Positions 7,081-14,075 of a stretch of 64,000 nt of DNA are shown in pieces. The stretch comes from a virus. Taxonomy: Duplodnaviria > Heunggongvirae > Uroviricota > Caudoviricetes. Made by a program: the position numbers and the translations under genes. The stretch is taken from IMG/VR virus record IMGVR_UViG_3300034091_000309; one strand, written 5' to 3'. The notes beneath the pieces are model-generated. The model made no database searches, was not told the DNA's origin, and saw only the letters and a program-made list of their open reading frames with translations. Numbering within the stretch: position 1 is the stretch's first letter; each line of letters opens with the position of its first letter.

Positions 7081-8526
7081 ATGCGGACCAATGTAGCAGT
7101 GAAGACGCCGGCGCCCCGGACGCATGAGGGCGCTGTGGCAGCGAGAATCAACCCGGTCGAGCAGTTGCGCCGTTCGGTGATGGCCAACATGCTTTGGGAG
7201 GACGAGTTCTACGAGGAGGGCCAGTCGATCGCCAAGCGCATCCAGGAGACGGTGGCCGAGATTCTCAAGCAGAAGAACGGTCCCCAGACCGTCGCCGACA
7301 TCGCCTACGAGGCGCGCACCCAGATGAAGCTGCGTCATGTGCCGCTGCTGCTGGTGGCGGCGCTGATCCATGCCAATACCAAGGAAATCCGCGCCCTGGT
7401 GGCCGGCACCATCGCCCGCGTCATCCAGCGGCCGGACGAGATGGGTGAGCTGATCTCGCTTTATTGGAATGCAAACAAGCAGAACGACGGTTCTTCAGTA
7501 ATCCAGTCGCGCAAGATGCTGCCCAGTCAGGTGAAGAAGGGCTTGGGAGAGGCCTTCCGCAAGTTCGATGCCTATGCGCTGGGCAAGTACAACTCCGACG
7601 CTGCGGCGGTGAAGCTGCGCGATGTGCTGTTTCTGGCTCATGTGAAGCCCTTGACCGAGGAGCAGGTTGTGCTGTGGAAGAAGCTGACGGAGAAGACTCT
7701 GGAGTCCCCGGACACCTGGGAGGTGGCGCTGAGCGGCGGCGCGGACAAGAAGGAGACCTTCACGCGCCTGTTGAACGAGGAGAAGCTGGGGGCGCTGGCC
7801 CTGCTGCGCAACCTGCGCAACATGCAGCAGGCAGGCGTGGACGAGAGCCTGATCCGCGAGGGGCTGGGCAAGATGAAGACGGAGCGGGTGCTGCCCTTCC
7901 GCTTTATCTCGGCGGCCAAGTATGCTCCACAGTTGGAACCCCAACTTGAAGAGACTATGTTTCGGTGCCTTGCGGCTCAGGAGAAGTTGAGCGGTAAGTC
8001 GATTCTCATTGTTGACTGCTCTGGTTCGATGCACGGACCGATCTCTGGGAAGTCGGAATTGGATCGTCTCAGCGCGGCAGCAGCTTTGGCAATGCTCTTG
8101 CGTGAAGTATGCGAAGAGGTAGCCGTGTACGCTACTGCCGGGGACGACTTGCGCCGAACTCATGCCACGATTCTGATTCCCCCACGGCGCGGATTCGGTC
8201 TGCGGGATTTGCTCTCTTATGAACGCACATCCGGCAAGATCGGCGGTGGCGGAATCTTTTTGAAGGAGGTGATCGAGTATGTTCGCAAGGAAGAGAAGGG
8301 CAAGGCCGACAGGATCATTGTCATTACTGATGAGCAGGACTGTGATTTGGTGAACAAGCCTGCCAGCGCAAAGCCGTTCGGAAAGAACAACTATCTCATC
8401 AACGTCGCCAGCTTCAAAAACGGCATCGGCTATGGGGACTGGGTTCACATCGACGGATGGTCTGAGGCAATCGTGGACTACATCGAGCGCTTCGAGCAGC
8501 TTGACACGGCTGGGGAAGCGGCGTAA
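7081..8526 (+). CDS. rsr: Ro60/Rsr-like ribonucleoprotein (TROVE domain plus C-terminal vWA domain with MIDAS DxSxS)
   Basis: RBS ggagg lies 5 nt upstream; the MIDAS motif reads IVDCSGSMHG; the domain order TROVE+vWA matches Ro60; a Y-RNA-like array lies immediately upstream. Confidence 0.55.
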   Translation: MRTNVAVKTPAPRTHEGAVAARINPVEQLRRSVMANMLWEDEFYEEGQSIAKRIQETVAEILKQKNGPQTVADIAYEARTQMKLRHVPLLLVAALIHANTKEIRALVAGTIARVIQRPDEMGELISLYWNANKQNDGSSVIQSRKMLPSQVKKGLGEAFRKFDAYALGKYNSDAAAVKLRDVLFLAHVKPLTEEQVVLWKKLTEKTLESPDTWEVALSGGADKKETFTRLLNEEKLGALALLRNLRNMQQAGVDESLIREGLGKMKTERVLPFRFISAAKYAPQLEPQLEETMFRCLAAQEKLSGKSILIVDCSGSMHGPISGKSELDRLSAAAALAMLLREVCEEVAVYATAGDDLRRTHATILIPPRRGFGLRDLLSYERTSGKIGGGGIFLKEVIEYVRKEEKGKADRIIVITDEQDCDLVNKPASAKPFGKNNYLINVASFKNGIGYGDWVHIDGWSEAIVDYIERFEQLDTAGEAA

Positions 8527-8646
8527 GGTGGTATTGAGTGGAGAATTCCATGCAGTCCAGATCCCTGAAACACGGCATAATCATTCGCGTCAAGCGGATG
8601 TGGGGGGTCGTGTTTTAGGGGTCTGGAGTTGCAGGTGTACGCCCAG

Positions 8647-8676
8647 ACCCCCGGCTCAGGCCGGGGTTTTTCATGC
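8647..8676 (+). terminator. rho-independent terminator after the Ro60 gene
   Basis: The hairpin ccccggctcaggccgggg is followed by ttttt. Confidence 0.6.
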
Positions 8677-8697
8677 TCTTTGACAATGCGGGCGTAA

Positions 8698-8770
8698 GCT
8701 AACTGCGCAAACTGTCGGTCTCCAAAGCCGAACTTGGGGGTTCGAATCCCTCCGCCCGTGCCAAAAATAT
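8698..8770 (+). tRNA. tRNA-Trp(CCA)-like (irregular D-arm)
   Basis: Acceptor strands gcgggcg/cgcccgt pair, the anticodon stem tcggt/gccga closes loop ctCCAaa, the T-arm is ggggg-ttcgaat-ccctc, and CCA is encoded. Confidence 0.4.
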
Positions 8771-8812
8771 CGCCGGGTTATCGTCAGGTATCGTCAGATT
8801 TTGTTCCGCAGT

Positions 8813-8888
8813 GGCGCCGTAGCTCAGCCCGGTTCAGAGCGGTCGGCTCATAATCGACGGGTCGGAGGTTCAAATCCTTCCGGCGCCA
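8813..8888 (+). tRNA. tRNA-Met(CAT) (elongator Met or Ile-lysidine type)
   Basis: Acceptor strands ggcgccg/cggcgcc pair, the anticodon loop is ctCATaa, the T-arm is ggagg-ttcaaat-ccttc, and CCA is encoded. Confidence 0.7.
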
Positions 8889-8892
8889 CCAT

Positions 8893-8931
8893 GCCACCCC
8901 ACGGACTTGGACTTGTTCGCAGGGAACCCGG
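8893..8931 (+). repeat. RPE-like palindromic element copy (degenerate)
   Basis: The sequence reads gccaccccacggacttggacttgttcgcagggaacccgg. Confidence 0.6.
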
Positions 8932-8941
8932 AAGAGATTGT

Positions 8942-9014
8942 GCGCGCGTAGCTCAACTGGCAGAGCATTCGGCTCTTAACCGACAGGTTGGGGGTTCAAT
9001 TCCCTCCGCGCGCA
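8942..9014 (+). tRNA. tRNA-Lys(CTT)
   Basis: Acceptor strands gcgcgcg/cgcgcgc pair, the D-arm is gctcaactggcagagc, the anticodon loop is ctCTTaa, and there is a 27:43 mismatch. Confidence 0.65.
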
Positions 9015-9052
9015 CCAAACGTCAAGCAGCGATCAGAGGCCAGCAAAACATC

Positions 9053-9123
9053 GGACTCGTAGCTCAAGGGCAGAGCATCTGGCTTTTAACCAGTCGGCGA
9101 GGGTTCGATCCCCTCCGGGTCCA
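9053..9123 (+). tRNA. tRNA-Lys(TTT)
   Basis: Acceptor strands ggactcg/cgggtcc pair with one GU, the anticodon loop is ctTTTaa, the T-arm is gaggg-ttcgatc-ccctc, and CCA is encoded. Confidence 0.65.
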
Positions 9124-9128
9124 CCAGT

Positions 9129-9166
9129 CCACCCCAGCGACGAAGACCTGTCGCCGGGAACCCCGG
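9129..9166 (+). repeat. RPE-like palindromic element copy
   Basis: The sequence reads ccaccccagcgacgaagacctgtcgccgggaaccccgg. Confidence 0.8.
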
Positions 9167-9169
9167 TAC

Positions 9170-9243
9170 GCTGCCGTAGCTCAGGCGGAGAGAGCGGGCG
9201 TTTTCTAAACGCAAGGTCGCGGGTTCGAGTCCTGCCGGCAGCG
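9170..9243 (+). tRNA. tRNA-Arg(TCT)
   Basis: Acceptor strands gctgccg/cggcagc pair, the anticodon loop is ttTCTaa, the T-arm is gcggg-ttcgagt-cctgc, and CCA is encoded. Confidence 0.65.
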
Positions 9244-9270
9244 CCAGATTTCTGCTAGTATCGGGTGCGG

Positions 9271-9343
9271 GGCCCCGTGGCCAAGTGGAGAAGGCACCGG
9301 TTTCCTAAACCGAAGACCGTGAGTTCGAATCTCACCGGGGCTA
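9271..9343 (+). tRNA. tRNA-Arg(CCT)
   Basis: Acceptor strands ggccccg/cggggct pair, the anticodon loop is ttCCTaa, the T-arm is gtgag-ttcgaat-ctcac, and CCA is encoded. Confidence 0.6.
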
Positions 9344-9351
9344 CCATCTTC

Positions 9352-9425
9352 GCGCGTGTAGCTCAGGTGGACAGAGCGCAAACCTCCGGAGTTTGAGGCC
9401 GGCAGTTCGAATCTGCCCACGCGCA
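9352..9425 (+). tRNA. tRNA-Arg(CCG)
   Basis: Acceptor strands gcgcgtg/cacgcgc pair, the anticodon stem caaac/gtttg closes loop ctCCGga, the T-arm is ggcag-ttcgaat-ctgcc, and CCA is encoded. Confidence 0.7.
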
Positions 9426-9464
9426 CCATCTCCCAATGGTCAGTGAACAGTGGTCAGTCACGCG

Positions 9465-9538
9465 GGGTTAGCTCAGTTGGCCAGAGCGCTTCCCTTACAA
9501 GAAAGAGGCCGGGGGTTCGATTCCCTCACCCCGCACCA
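9465..9538 (+). tRNA. tRNA-Val(TAC) (one mismatch in anticodon stem)
   Basis: Acceptor strands gcggggt/accccgc pair, the D-arm is gctcagttggccagagc, the anticodon loop is ctTACaa, and CCA is encoded. Confidence 0.5.
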
Positions 9539-9559
9539 GATTTTTGTTACAGTGCAGCC

Positions 9560-10129
9560 ATGAACGCAGAAGATTTGATACAGATCCCGGCGTTGCCCAG
9601 GGTGTGGAGCGATGAGGCGACCCCGCCGCGGCGCGAAGCGCTGTGGATCAAAGAGGGCAAGAAATGCCACTGGTGCGGTCGGCCGACGCGGCTCACGGTG
9701 GAATCGGCGCCCGATCAGGCAACCACCGAGCACATCATTCCCCGCTACAAGGGAGGTAGCAACGAGCCGGAGAATCTGGTCTCGGCCTGCCGGGAGTGCA
9801 ACGGCCGGCGCAACAGCGAAGACATGAAGGGGCTTCCCGAAGGCGCCCTGAAGCCAGGCGGCAAAGGAAAATCCAAGGTCAAGCGCATTGCCCTGAGTGG
9901 GGATGAGAAGCGGACCATTCTGGCCAGGATTGCCGCCGCGCCGGCGCACTACGAGCCGATCGACGTGGTGCGGGAGCAGCGGGAGCAGGCGCTGAAAACG
10001 GTGATGGAGTTGCGCACGGAGTTGAAGCAGTGGAAGGCGACTGTGGCGGAGCAGGAACGGAAGCTGAAGACCATGACGGTGTGGCAGGTAATCCGGCGGG
10101 ATTTGGTGGAGTTGTTGAAAGAGCAATAA
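9560..10129 (+). CDS. HNH endonuclease (embedded in tRNA cluster)
   Basis: The HNH motif reads CHWCGRPT...TTEHIIPRYKGGSNEPENLVSACRECNGRRN. Confidence 0.7.
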   Translation: MNAEDLIQIPALPRVWSDEATPPRREALWIKEGKKCHWCGRPTRLTVESAPDQATTEHIIPRYKGGSNEPENLVSACRECNGRRNSEDMKGLPEGALKPGGKGKSKVKRIALSGDEKRTILARIAAAPAHYEPIDVVREQREQALKTVMELRTELKQWKATVAEQERKLKTMTVWQVIRRDLVELLKEQ

Positions 10130-10130
10130 C

Positions 10131-10204
10131 GGGCGCGTAGCTCAATTGGCAAGAGCGTTCGCTTGATAAGCGAAAGGTTGGAAGTTCAATCCTTCCCACG
10201 CCCA
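10131..10204 (+). tRNA. tRNA-Ile(GAT)
   Basis: Acceptor strands gggcgcg/cacgccc pair with one C-A mismatch, the anticodon stem ttcgc/gcgaa closes loop ttGATaa, the T-arm is ggaag-ttcaatc-cttcc, and CCA is encoded. Confidence 0.65.
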
Positions 10205-10234
10205 CCAGATGTAAAATGGCCTCAAGGTGAAGCC

Positions 10235-10495
10235 GTGAGCATCTTCTACTTTGAGATCGACAATGATCTATGGCGTCACGCATTTCTTGCGGAAGCCGAG
10301 AATTTCGTTGGAGCCACGATGCAGGCGACGGACTTCATGCGGAAGCTGGACGAGGCGGCTTACGAGGAAATTGGCGAATTAGATTCCAAGATTACGGTGT
10401 TGAGCGACACAGATGCGATGTGGGCGAATGATGCGGCATTAAAGGAATGCCTGGAGATGCTCAAGGAACAGCATCGTTGTGAAGAAGAAGATTGA
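10235..10495 (+). CDS. small hypothetical protein
   Basis: GTG start after RBS aaggtgaag; the 5-prime limit is uncertain because the longer ORF overlaps tRNA-Ile. Confidence 0.3.
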   Translation: MSIFYFEIDNDLWRHAFLAEAENFVGATMQATDFMRKLDEAAYEEIGELDSKITVLSDTDAMWANDAALKECLEMLKEQHRCEEED

Positions 10496-10517
10496 GCGGG
10501 CGTGGCAAGGATTTGTG

Positions 10518-10530
10518 TATAATTGCGGTC
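10518..10530 (+). promoter_or_regulatory. leaderless-type promoter -10 (tgtgTATAAT tgcggtc ATG)
   Basis: Recurrent motif immediately upstream of ATG 10531. Confidence 0.45.
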
Positions 10531-10806
10531 ATGAACACGCATCAGGAGATGTTGGATTCAATTCCAGAACCCTACCGGTCGGCGCACCAGGAGTGCAAGC
10601 GGAATCGGGAGAAGGTGCTGGCGGGCAAGCGCGCCGGGTGTTTTTATTGCTTGGCGATCTTCGATCCTCAGACCATCAGGGAATGGCTTGACGGTGAGCA
10701 GACGGCTCGGTGTCCTATTTGCGGAGTTGATTCTGTTTTGCCGGATTCGCCGACTCTCACGGACGAGTTCCTCAAGCAGATGCACGAAGAGTGGTTTGAA
10801 AAATGA
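10531..10806 (+). CDS. small zinc-finger protein (CFYC...CPIC), hypothetical
   Basis: The ATG lies 7 nt after TATAAT; the protein begins MNTHQEMLDSIPEPY. Confidence 0.5.
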   Translation: MNTHQEMLDSIPEPYRSAHQECKRNREKVLAGKRAGCFYCLAIFDPQTIREWLDGEQTARCPICGVDSVLPDSPTLTDEFLKQMHEEWFEK

Positions 10807-10877
10807 GCGGGCGTGGTACAGCGGCAGTGCCCTGGCCCTCCAAGCCATAGACGCGGGTTCAACCCCCGCCGCCCGCT
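10807..10877 (+). tRNA. tRNA-Gly(TCC)
   Basis: Acceptor strands gcgggcg/cgcccgc pair, the D-stem gtac/gtgc matches that of tRNA-Gly(GCC), the anticodon loop is ccTCCaa, the T-arm is gcggg-ttcaacc-cccgc, and CCA is encoded. Confidence 0.55.
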
Positions 10878-11004
10878 CCAACTACTTTTCCCAGAGAAAA
10901 TCCATCTCCCGTTCGAACCACCGGCCGTCTTCAAGTAGAAGGCGGCGAAGGTATGTGCGCAAAACGGCGCTGTGAACATTTTCAATGAAGATTCCGTCGT
11001 AAGG

Positions 11005-11217
11005 CTACAGGTGTTGGCAGAGGTCCAAAAAACGCTTGAATATCCCCTGCCGTTGGAAGTTCGGCTTGACTTCGATGCTGGCAATGTCAAAGTAGGAACG
11101 AAGTTCACCATTCATACCAAGATGATGACCTTTGCGCACATATACAGACATCTCTCGCGATTCCAGCCAAGCATTGCTGCGTTCCGATTTGAGAAAATCC
11201 TTCAGTTTCTTTTCCAT
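11005..11217 (-). CDS. small hypothetical protein (70 aa)
   Basis: ATG with RBS aggacgg on the minus strand; MEKKLKDFLKSERSNAWLESREMSVYVRKGHHLG is protein-like. Confidence 0.35.
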   Translation of the reverse strand: MEKKLKDFLKSERSNAWLESREMSVYVRKGHHLGMNGELRSYFDIASIEVKPNFQRQGIFKRFLDLCQHL

Positions 11218-11488
11218 CCCGGCCGTCCTCTGCTATAGTAATCCCGCAGGGCGCGCCCCGGTCGTGCCGGGGTGACAAATCGGGAGGGGAAGCACTTGGG
11301 GAGAGCCGCTCTTATCCTTTCTGGCGGTATTCCCCGAAGCAGAGCGGTAACCTCGCAAAACCTTAGTCCGTGGACAGATCCATCCTGGTATAACGGTGAG
11401 CGTACATGATACTTGTGCGGACAGGATGGTCAGGGCCTGTCAACCCCAGCCGGTAGCCAATCCGGCCCCCTGCAACCGAGGAAACGGC

Positions 11489-11653
11489 GATGAATAAAGG
11501 ACGAAAGGCAAAGTATTTCAGACTGTGTGCCAAGAGGCTGCAGGAGGACCGTGAGCGCACCGCCGAGAACCGGCGCAAGCTGCTGGCTACGCTGAAGCCG
11601 GAAGTCAGAGCGCTGGCCATCAGCGAGTTCGCCAAGCTGGGGCTGACGCAGTG
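11489..11653 (+). CDS. small basic hypothetical protein (54 aa)
   Basis: RBS gaggaaacggcg precedes the ATG, and the end overlaps the next gene start in a GTGA arrangement. Confidence 0.3.
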
Positions 11654-12139
11654 AAAAAAGCCGGCGCCATTCCGGCGGTTGTCTCGAAGCGGAACGAGTT
11701 CAGTCCGGCGGACGAGCTGGTCGAGAACCATCTGCCGTACCTGCCCGAGCAGTTCAAGCATCCGGATTTCCGCAAATGGTTGACCCGCTACACGGAGGCG
11801 GTCATCAAGCGGGTAGCGCATCATTTCGCTGTGGCGGCGGAACGAGGGATCGAACAGGCTGCCAACCTGCTCTGCGATCCGGAGTTCTACGAGACGCGGC
11901 GGCAGAGGCGGGCCGAATGGCGTAGAAAGATGCGGGAGAACGAAGCGCAAGCGGAATGGGAGCGGCTGGAGCGGCTGAATTGTCCTACGGCGGAACAGAT
12001 CGCGGAGCAGATCAAATGGTCGGAGCGGCAAGTTGAATATCACCGGGTTGAACTGACTAAGCACGAGGAGAATCTAAAACGGCTGCGCGCGATGACGCCC
12101 AAAAACATTCGGCTGGTGCCCCCGAAAAGCGTCCAGTAA
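11651..12139 (+). CDS. hypothetical protein (162 aa)
   Basis: Protein-like open frame on the plus strand; the longer opposing-strand ORF looks like an artefact. Confidence 0.5.
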   Translation: MKKAGAIPAVVSKRNEFSPADELVENHLPYLPEQFKHPDFRKWLTRYTEAVIKRVAHHFAVAAERGIEQAANLLCDPEFYETRRQRRAEWRRKMRENEAQAEWERLERLNCPTAEQIAEQIKWSERQVEYHRVELTKHEENLKRLRAMTPKNIRLVPPKSVQ

Positions 12140-12206
12140 ATGAAGACTGTCCAGAATCTGGATTGTTGCGCCAAAGGCGCGTATGCTTGGGCGGCAAGCC
12201 CTGTGG

Positions 12207-12218
12207 TATATTGCGGGC
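12207..12218 (+). promoter_or_regulatory. leaderless-type promoter -10 (TATATT gcgggc ATG)
   Basis: Recurrent motif immediately upstream of ATG 12219. Confidence 0.45.
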
Positions 12219-12773
12219 ATGGATTGGAACGAGGAATGCCGCAGGGTGCACCGGGAAGGGCTGGAGGCGCGGGCCAAGATGCCCTACGAAAACGCTGGCC
12301 TCCCCTTCCGGCTGCGGCCGTATGATGAAACGGGAGAACATCCGGATAAGGACTTGGTTTTTCAACAGGGCGTCGACGATGCGCGCCGGGCGCTGTTGCG
12401 GATATTGGTTGTGCCGGTTTTTCGCAAGGTGGGGACGCCGGCGGTGCTGGTCCAGGCCGATGCCCGGATAGGGAAGATGCCAGAGATCGCTGGGCACTTC
12501 GGATGGCCGGCCGATTTGGGGTTTGAGGAGTACGAAAAGCGGTATAGCCGGATTCTGAAAGAGCAGTACGATGGCACCATCGCCAACATGCCGCCGCATC
12601 TGTGGGTGGATGCGATCTTTACCACCATCAAGGGTCCGAAGATCATTCCGTTCATCATCAGCACACCCTACCACGCCGGTGAGCATGGCGAGGTGGTTTA
12701 CGAAGAGGCGATGGAGACCTCCGGGGTTGTATCGCCCCTCCTGCCCGACTGGTGGGAGAGTCCGGTGAACTAA
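12219..12773 (+). CDS. hypothetical protein (184 aa)
   Basis: The frame starts MDWNEECRRVHREGLEARAK and the ATG lies 6 nt after TATATT. Confidence 0.5.
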   Translation: MDWNEECRRVHREGLEARAKMPYENAGLPFRLRPYDETGEHPDKDLVFQQGVDDARRALLRILVVPVFRKVGTPAVLVQADARIGKMPEIAGHFGWPADLGFEEYEKRYSRILKEQYDGTIANMPPHLWVDAIFTTIKGPKIIPFIISTPYHAGEHGEVVYEEAMETSGVVSPLLPDWWESPVN

Positions 12774-12781
12774 ATTTGCGT

Positions 12782-12808
12782 CCGTTACGAAAAGGGTGTA
12801 GAGTGGTT
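12782..12808 (+). promoter_or_regulatory. conserved promoter box (ccgttacgaaaagggtgtagagtgg)
   Basis: Variant of the CCGTTTCAAAAAGGGTGTATATTGC box, upstream of the 12826 gene. Confidence 0.4.
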
Positions 12809-12825
12809 CTTCTGGGAGGAAGACG

Positions 12826-13590
12826 ATGACAAAGTTGCACGAGTTGTTGGCCGCCTACGACAGCACGACCGGCCAAACCACGAAGGTGCGCGGAGAGTTG
12901 GCGACAACCTTCGAGAAGAAGCCTCACCTATTTGAAGGCCGCAAGAAGACCTTCCGGCCTCTGGCGGAGGACGGCGAGGTGGTGGTTGAGGATCAGCAGG
13001 AGATACAATCCACGATCGCCGCTGAAATTAAGTGGATCTCAAAGTACCTTGCCCAAGCCGTCGACGCGGCCTACCAGATTGATTTGGCCAACACCACCGC
13101 CAAAGCGGATGTGGTGGATGAGAATGGGAAGAATCTGCTTACTGACATCCCTACGACCACACTGCTGCAACTGGCCAAGCGCGTTGCCGAATGGAAGGAT
13201 CTGATCGCGGTTATCCCTACGCTTGACCCGGCTAAGGGCTTTACCGAAGATCCCACACACGGCGAGGGCCATTGGAAAGCGCGCGAAGTGGTGAAGCCGC
13301 GCAAGGTCAAGACCAAGAAGGTGTACGTGAAATACGAGGCGACCAAGGAGCATCCGGCGCAGACGGAGCTGGTGGATGAGGATGTGCCGACGGGCACGAT
13401 TCTGGAGCAGGAGTGGAGCGGTCGGATTACGCCGGCGTTGAAGGCCGAGCTGCTGGATCGCGTGGAGAAGTTGTACCGGGCGGTGGTCAAGGCTCGTTCC
13501 AAGGCCAACGACTACGCAATCGAGAAGGAAGACAAAAAGATTGGCGCAACGCTGCTGGAGTATGTTTTCCAGCCGCTGCTGGGCGCGTAA
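12826..13590 (+). CDS. hypothetical protein (254 aa)
   Basis: RBS gggaggaag precedes the ATG. Confidence 0.55.
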   Translation: MTKLHELLAAYDSTTGQTTKVRGELATTFEKKPHLFEGRKKTFRPLAEDGEVVVEDQQEIQSTIAAEIKWISKYLAQAVDAAYQIDLANTTAKADVVDENGKNLLTDIPTTTLLQLAKRVAEWKDLIAVIPTLDPAKGFTEDPTHGEGHWKAREVVKPRKVKTKKVYVKYEATKEHPAQTELVDEDVPTGTILEQEWSGRITPALKAELLDRVEKLYRAVVKARSKANDYAIEKEDKKIGATLLEYVFQPLLGA

Positions 13591-13734
13591 CGGTTTCGCC
13601 CCGGTGCGCTGGGTTCATGCGCCGGGGCATCAAGTTGGGTGGGGCCGCAAGGCCCGATCCAGGCTCAGACTCAGACTTAGGCTGATTTTCAGACTCAGGC
13701 TTTCACCCAAAGGCTTATCGCGGTGATACGATAG

Positions 13735-13792
13735 CGAGGCGGGCGGAATCACTCAAACGGAGGCCGCGGGTTCAAATCCCGCAGGGCGCCCC
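13735..13792 (+). other. tRNA 3-prime fragment (T-arm gcggg-ttcaaat-cccgc, acceptor 3-prime strand agggcgc, discriminator C, CCA)
   Basis: The fragment is incomplete on its 5-prime side, and its acceptor strand is complementary to the fragment that follows. Confidence 0.4.
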
Positions 13793-13805
13793 ATAAAAAT
13801 ATGCG

Positions 13806-13835
13806 CCCTTAGCTCAGCGGTAGAGCATCCGGATC
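13806..13835 (+). other. tRNA 5-prime fragment (acceptor gcgccct plus D-arm tagctcagcggtagagc)
   Basis: The fragment is truncated after the D-arm; its acceptor strand pairs with the preceding 3-prime fragment, giving a permuted or rearranged tRNA. Confidence 0.4.
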
Positions 13836-13880
13836 AGGCTCAGGGTTCCGGGCCGGCAAGCAAGGCGTGGCCGCACAACC

Positions 13881-13952
13881 CATTGACTAGCTCAGTGGCA
13901 GAGCGTCTGATTCATAATCAGAATGTCGTCGGTTCAATCCCGGCGTCGATGA
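13881..13952 (+). tRNA. tRNA-Met(CAT) second copy
   Basis: Acceptor strands cattgac/gtcgatg pair, the D-arm is gctcagtggcagagc, the anticodon stem tctga/tcaga closes loop ttCATaa, and the T-arm is gtcgg-ttcaatc-ccggc; no CCA is encoded. Confidence 0.65.
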
Positions 13953-13988
13953 TACTTGGGGCCGTCCGCGCGGTAGCGGGCGGCCCTT

Positions 13989-14025
13989 CTACTTTCCACC
14001 CCACAGACCAAGACCTGTCTGTGGG
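13989..14025 (+). repeat. RPE-like palindromic element copy with compensatory stem variant (acagac/gtctgt)
   Basis: The sequence reads caccccacagaccaagacctgtctgtggggaccccgg. Confidence 0.75.
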
Positions 14026-14040
14026 GACCCCGGTTAATTT

Positions 14041-14075
14041 GCGCGCATGGGCCGGGAATGTCTATAATCCCCAGC
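14041..14075 (+). promoter_or_regulatory. sigma70-like promoter TTGCGC-N18-TATAAT with ATG 7 nt downstream (leaderless)
   Basis: The sequence reads ttgcgcgcatgggccgggaatgtcTATAATccccagcATG. Confidence 0.5.

Noticed and set aside
9473-10126. 217-aa minus-strand ORF
   Set aside because: It is antisense to the HNH endonuclease gene.
11363-12064. 233-aa minus-strand ORF
   Set aside because: Its composition is junk-like, and the region has plus-strand genes with RBSs (11489, 11651).
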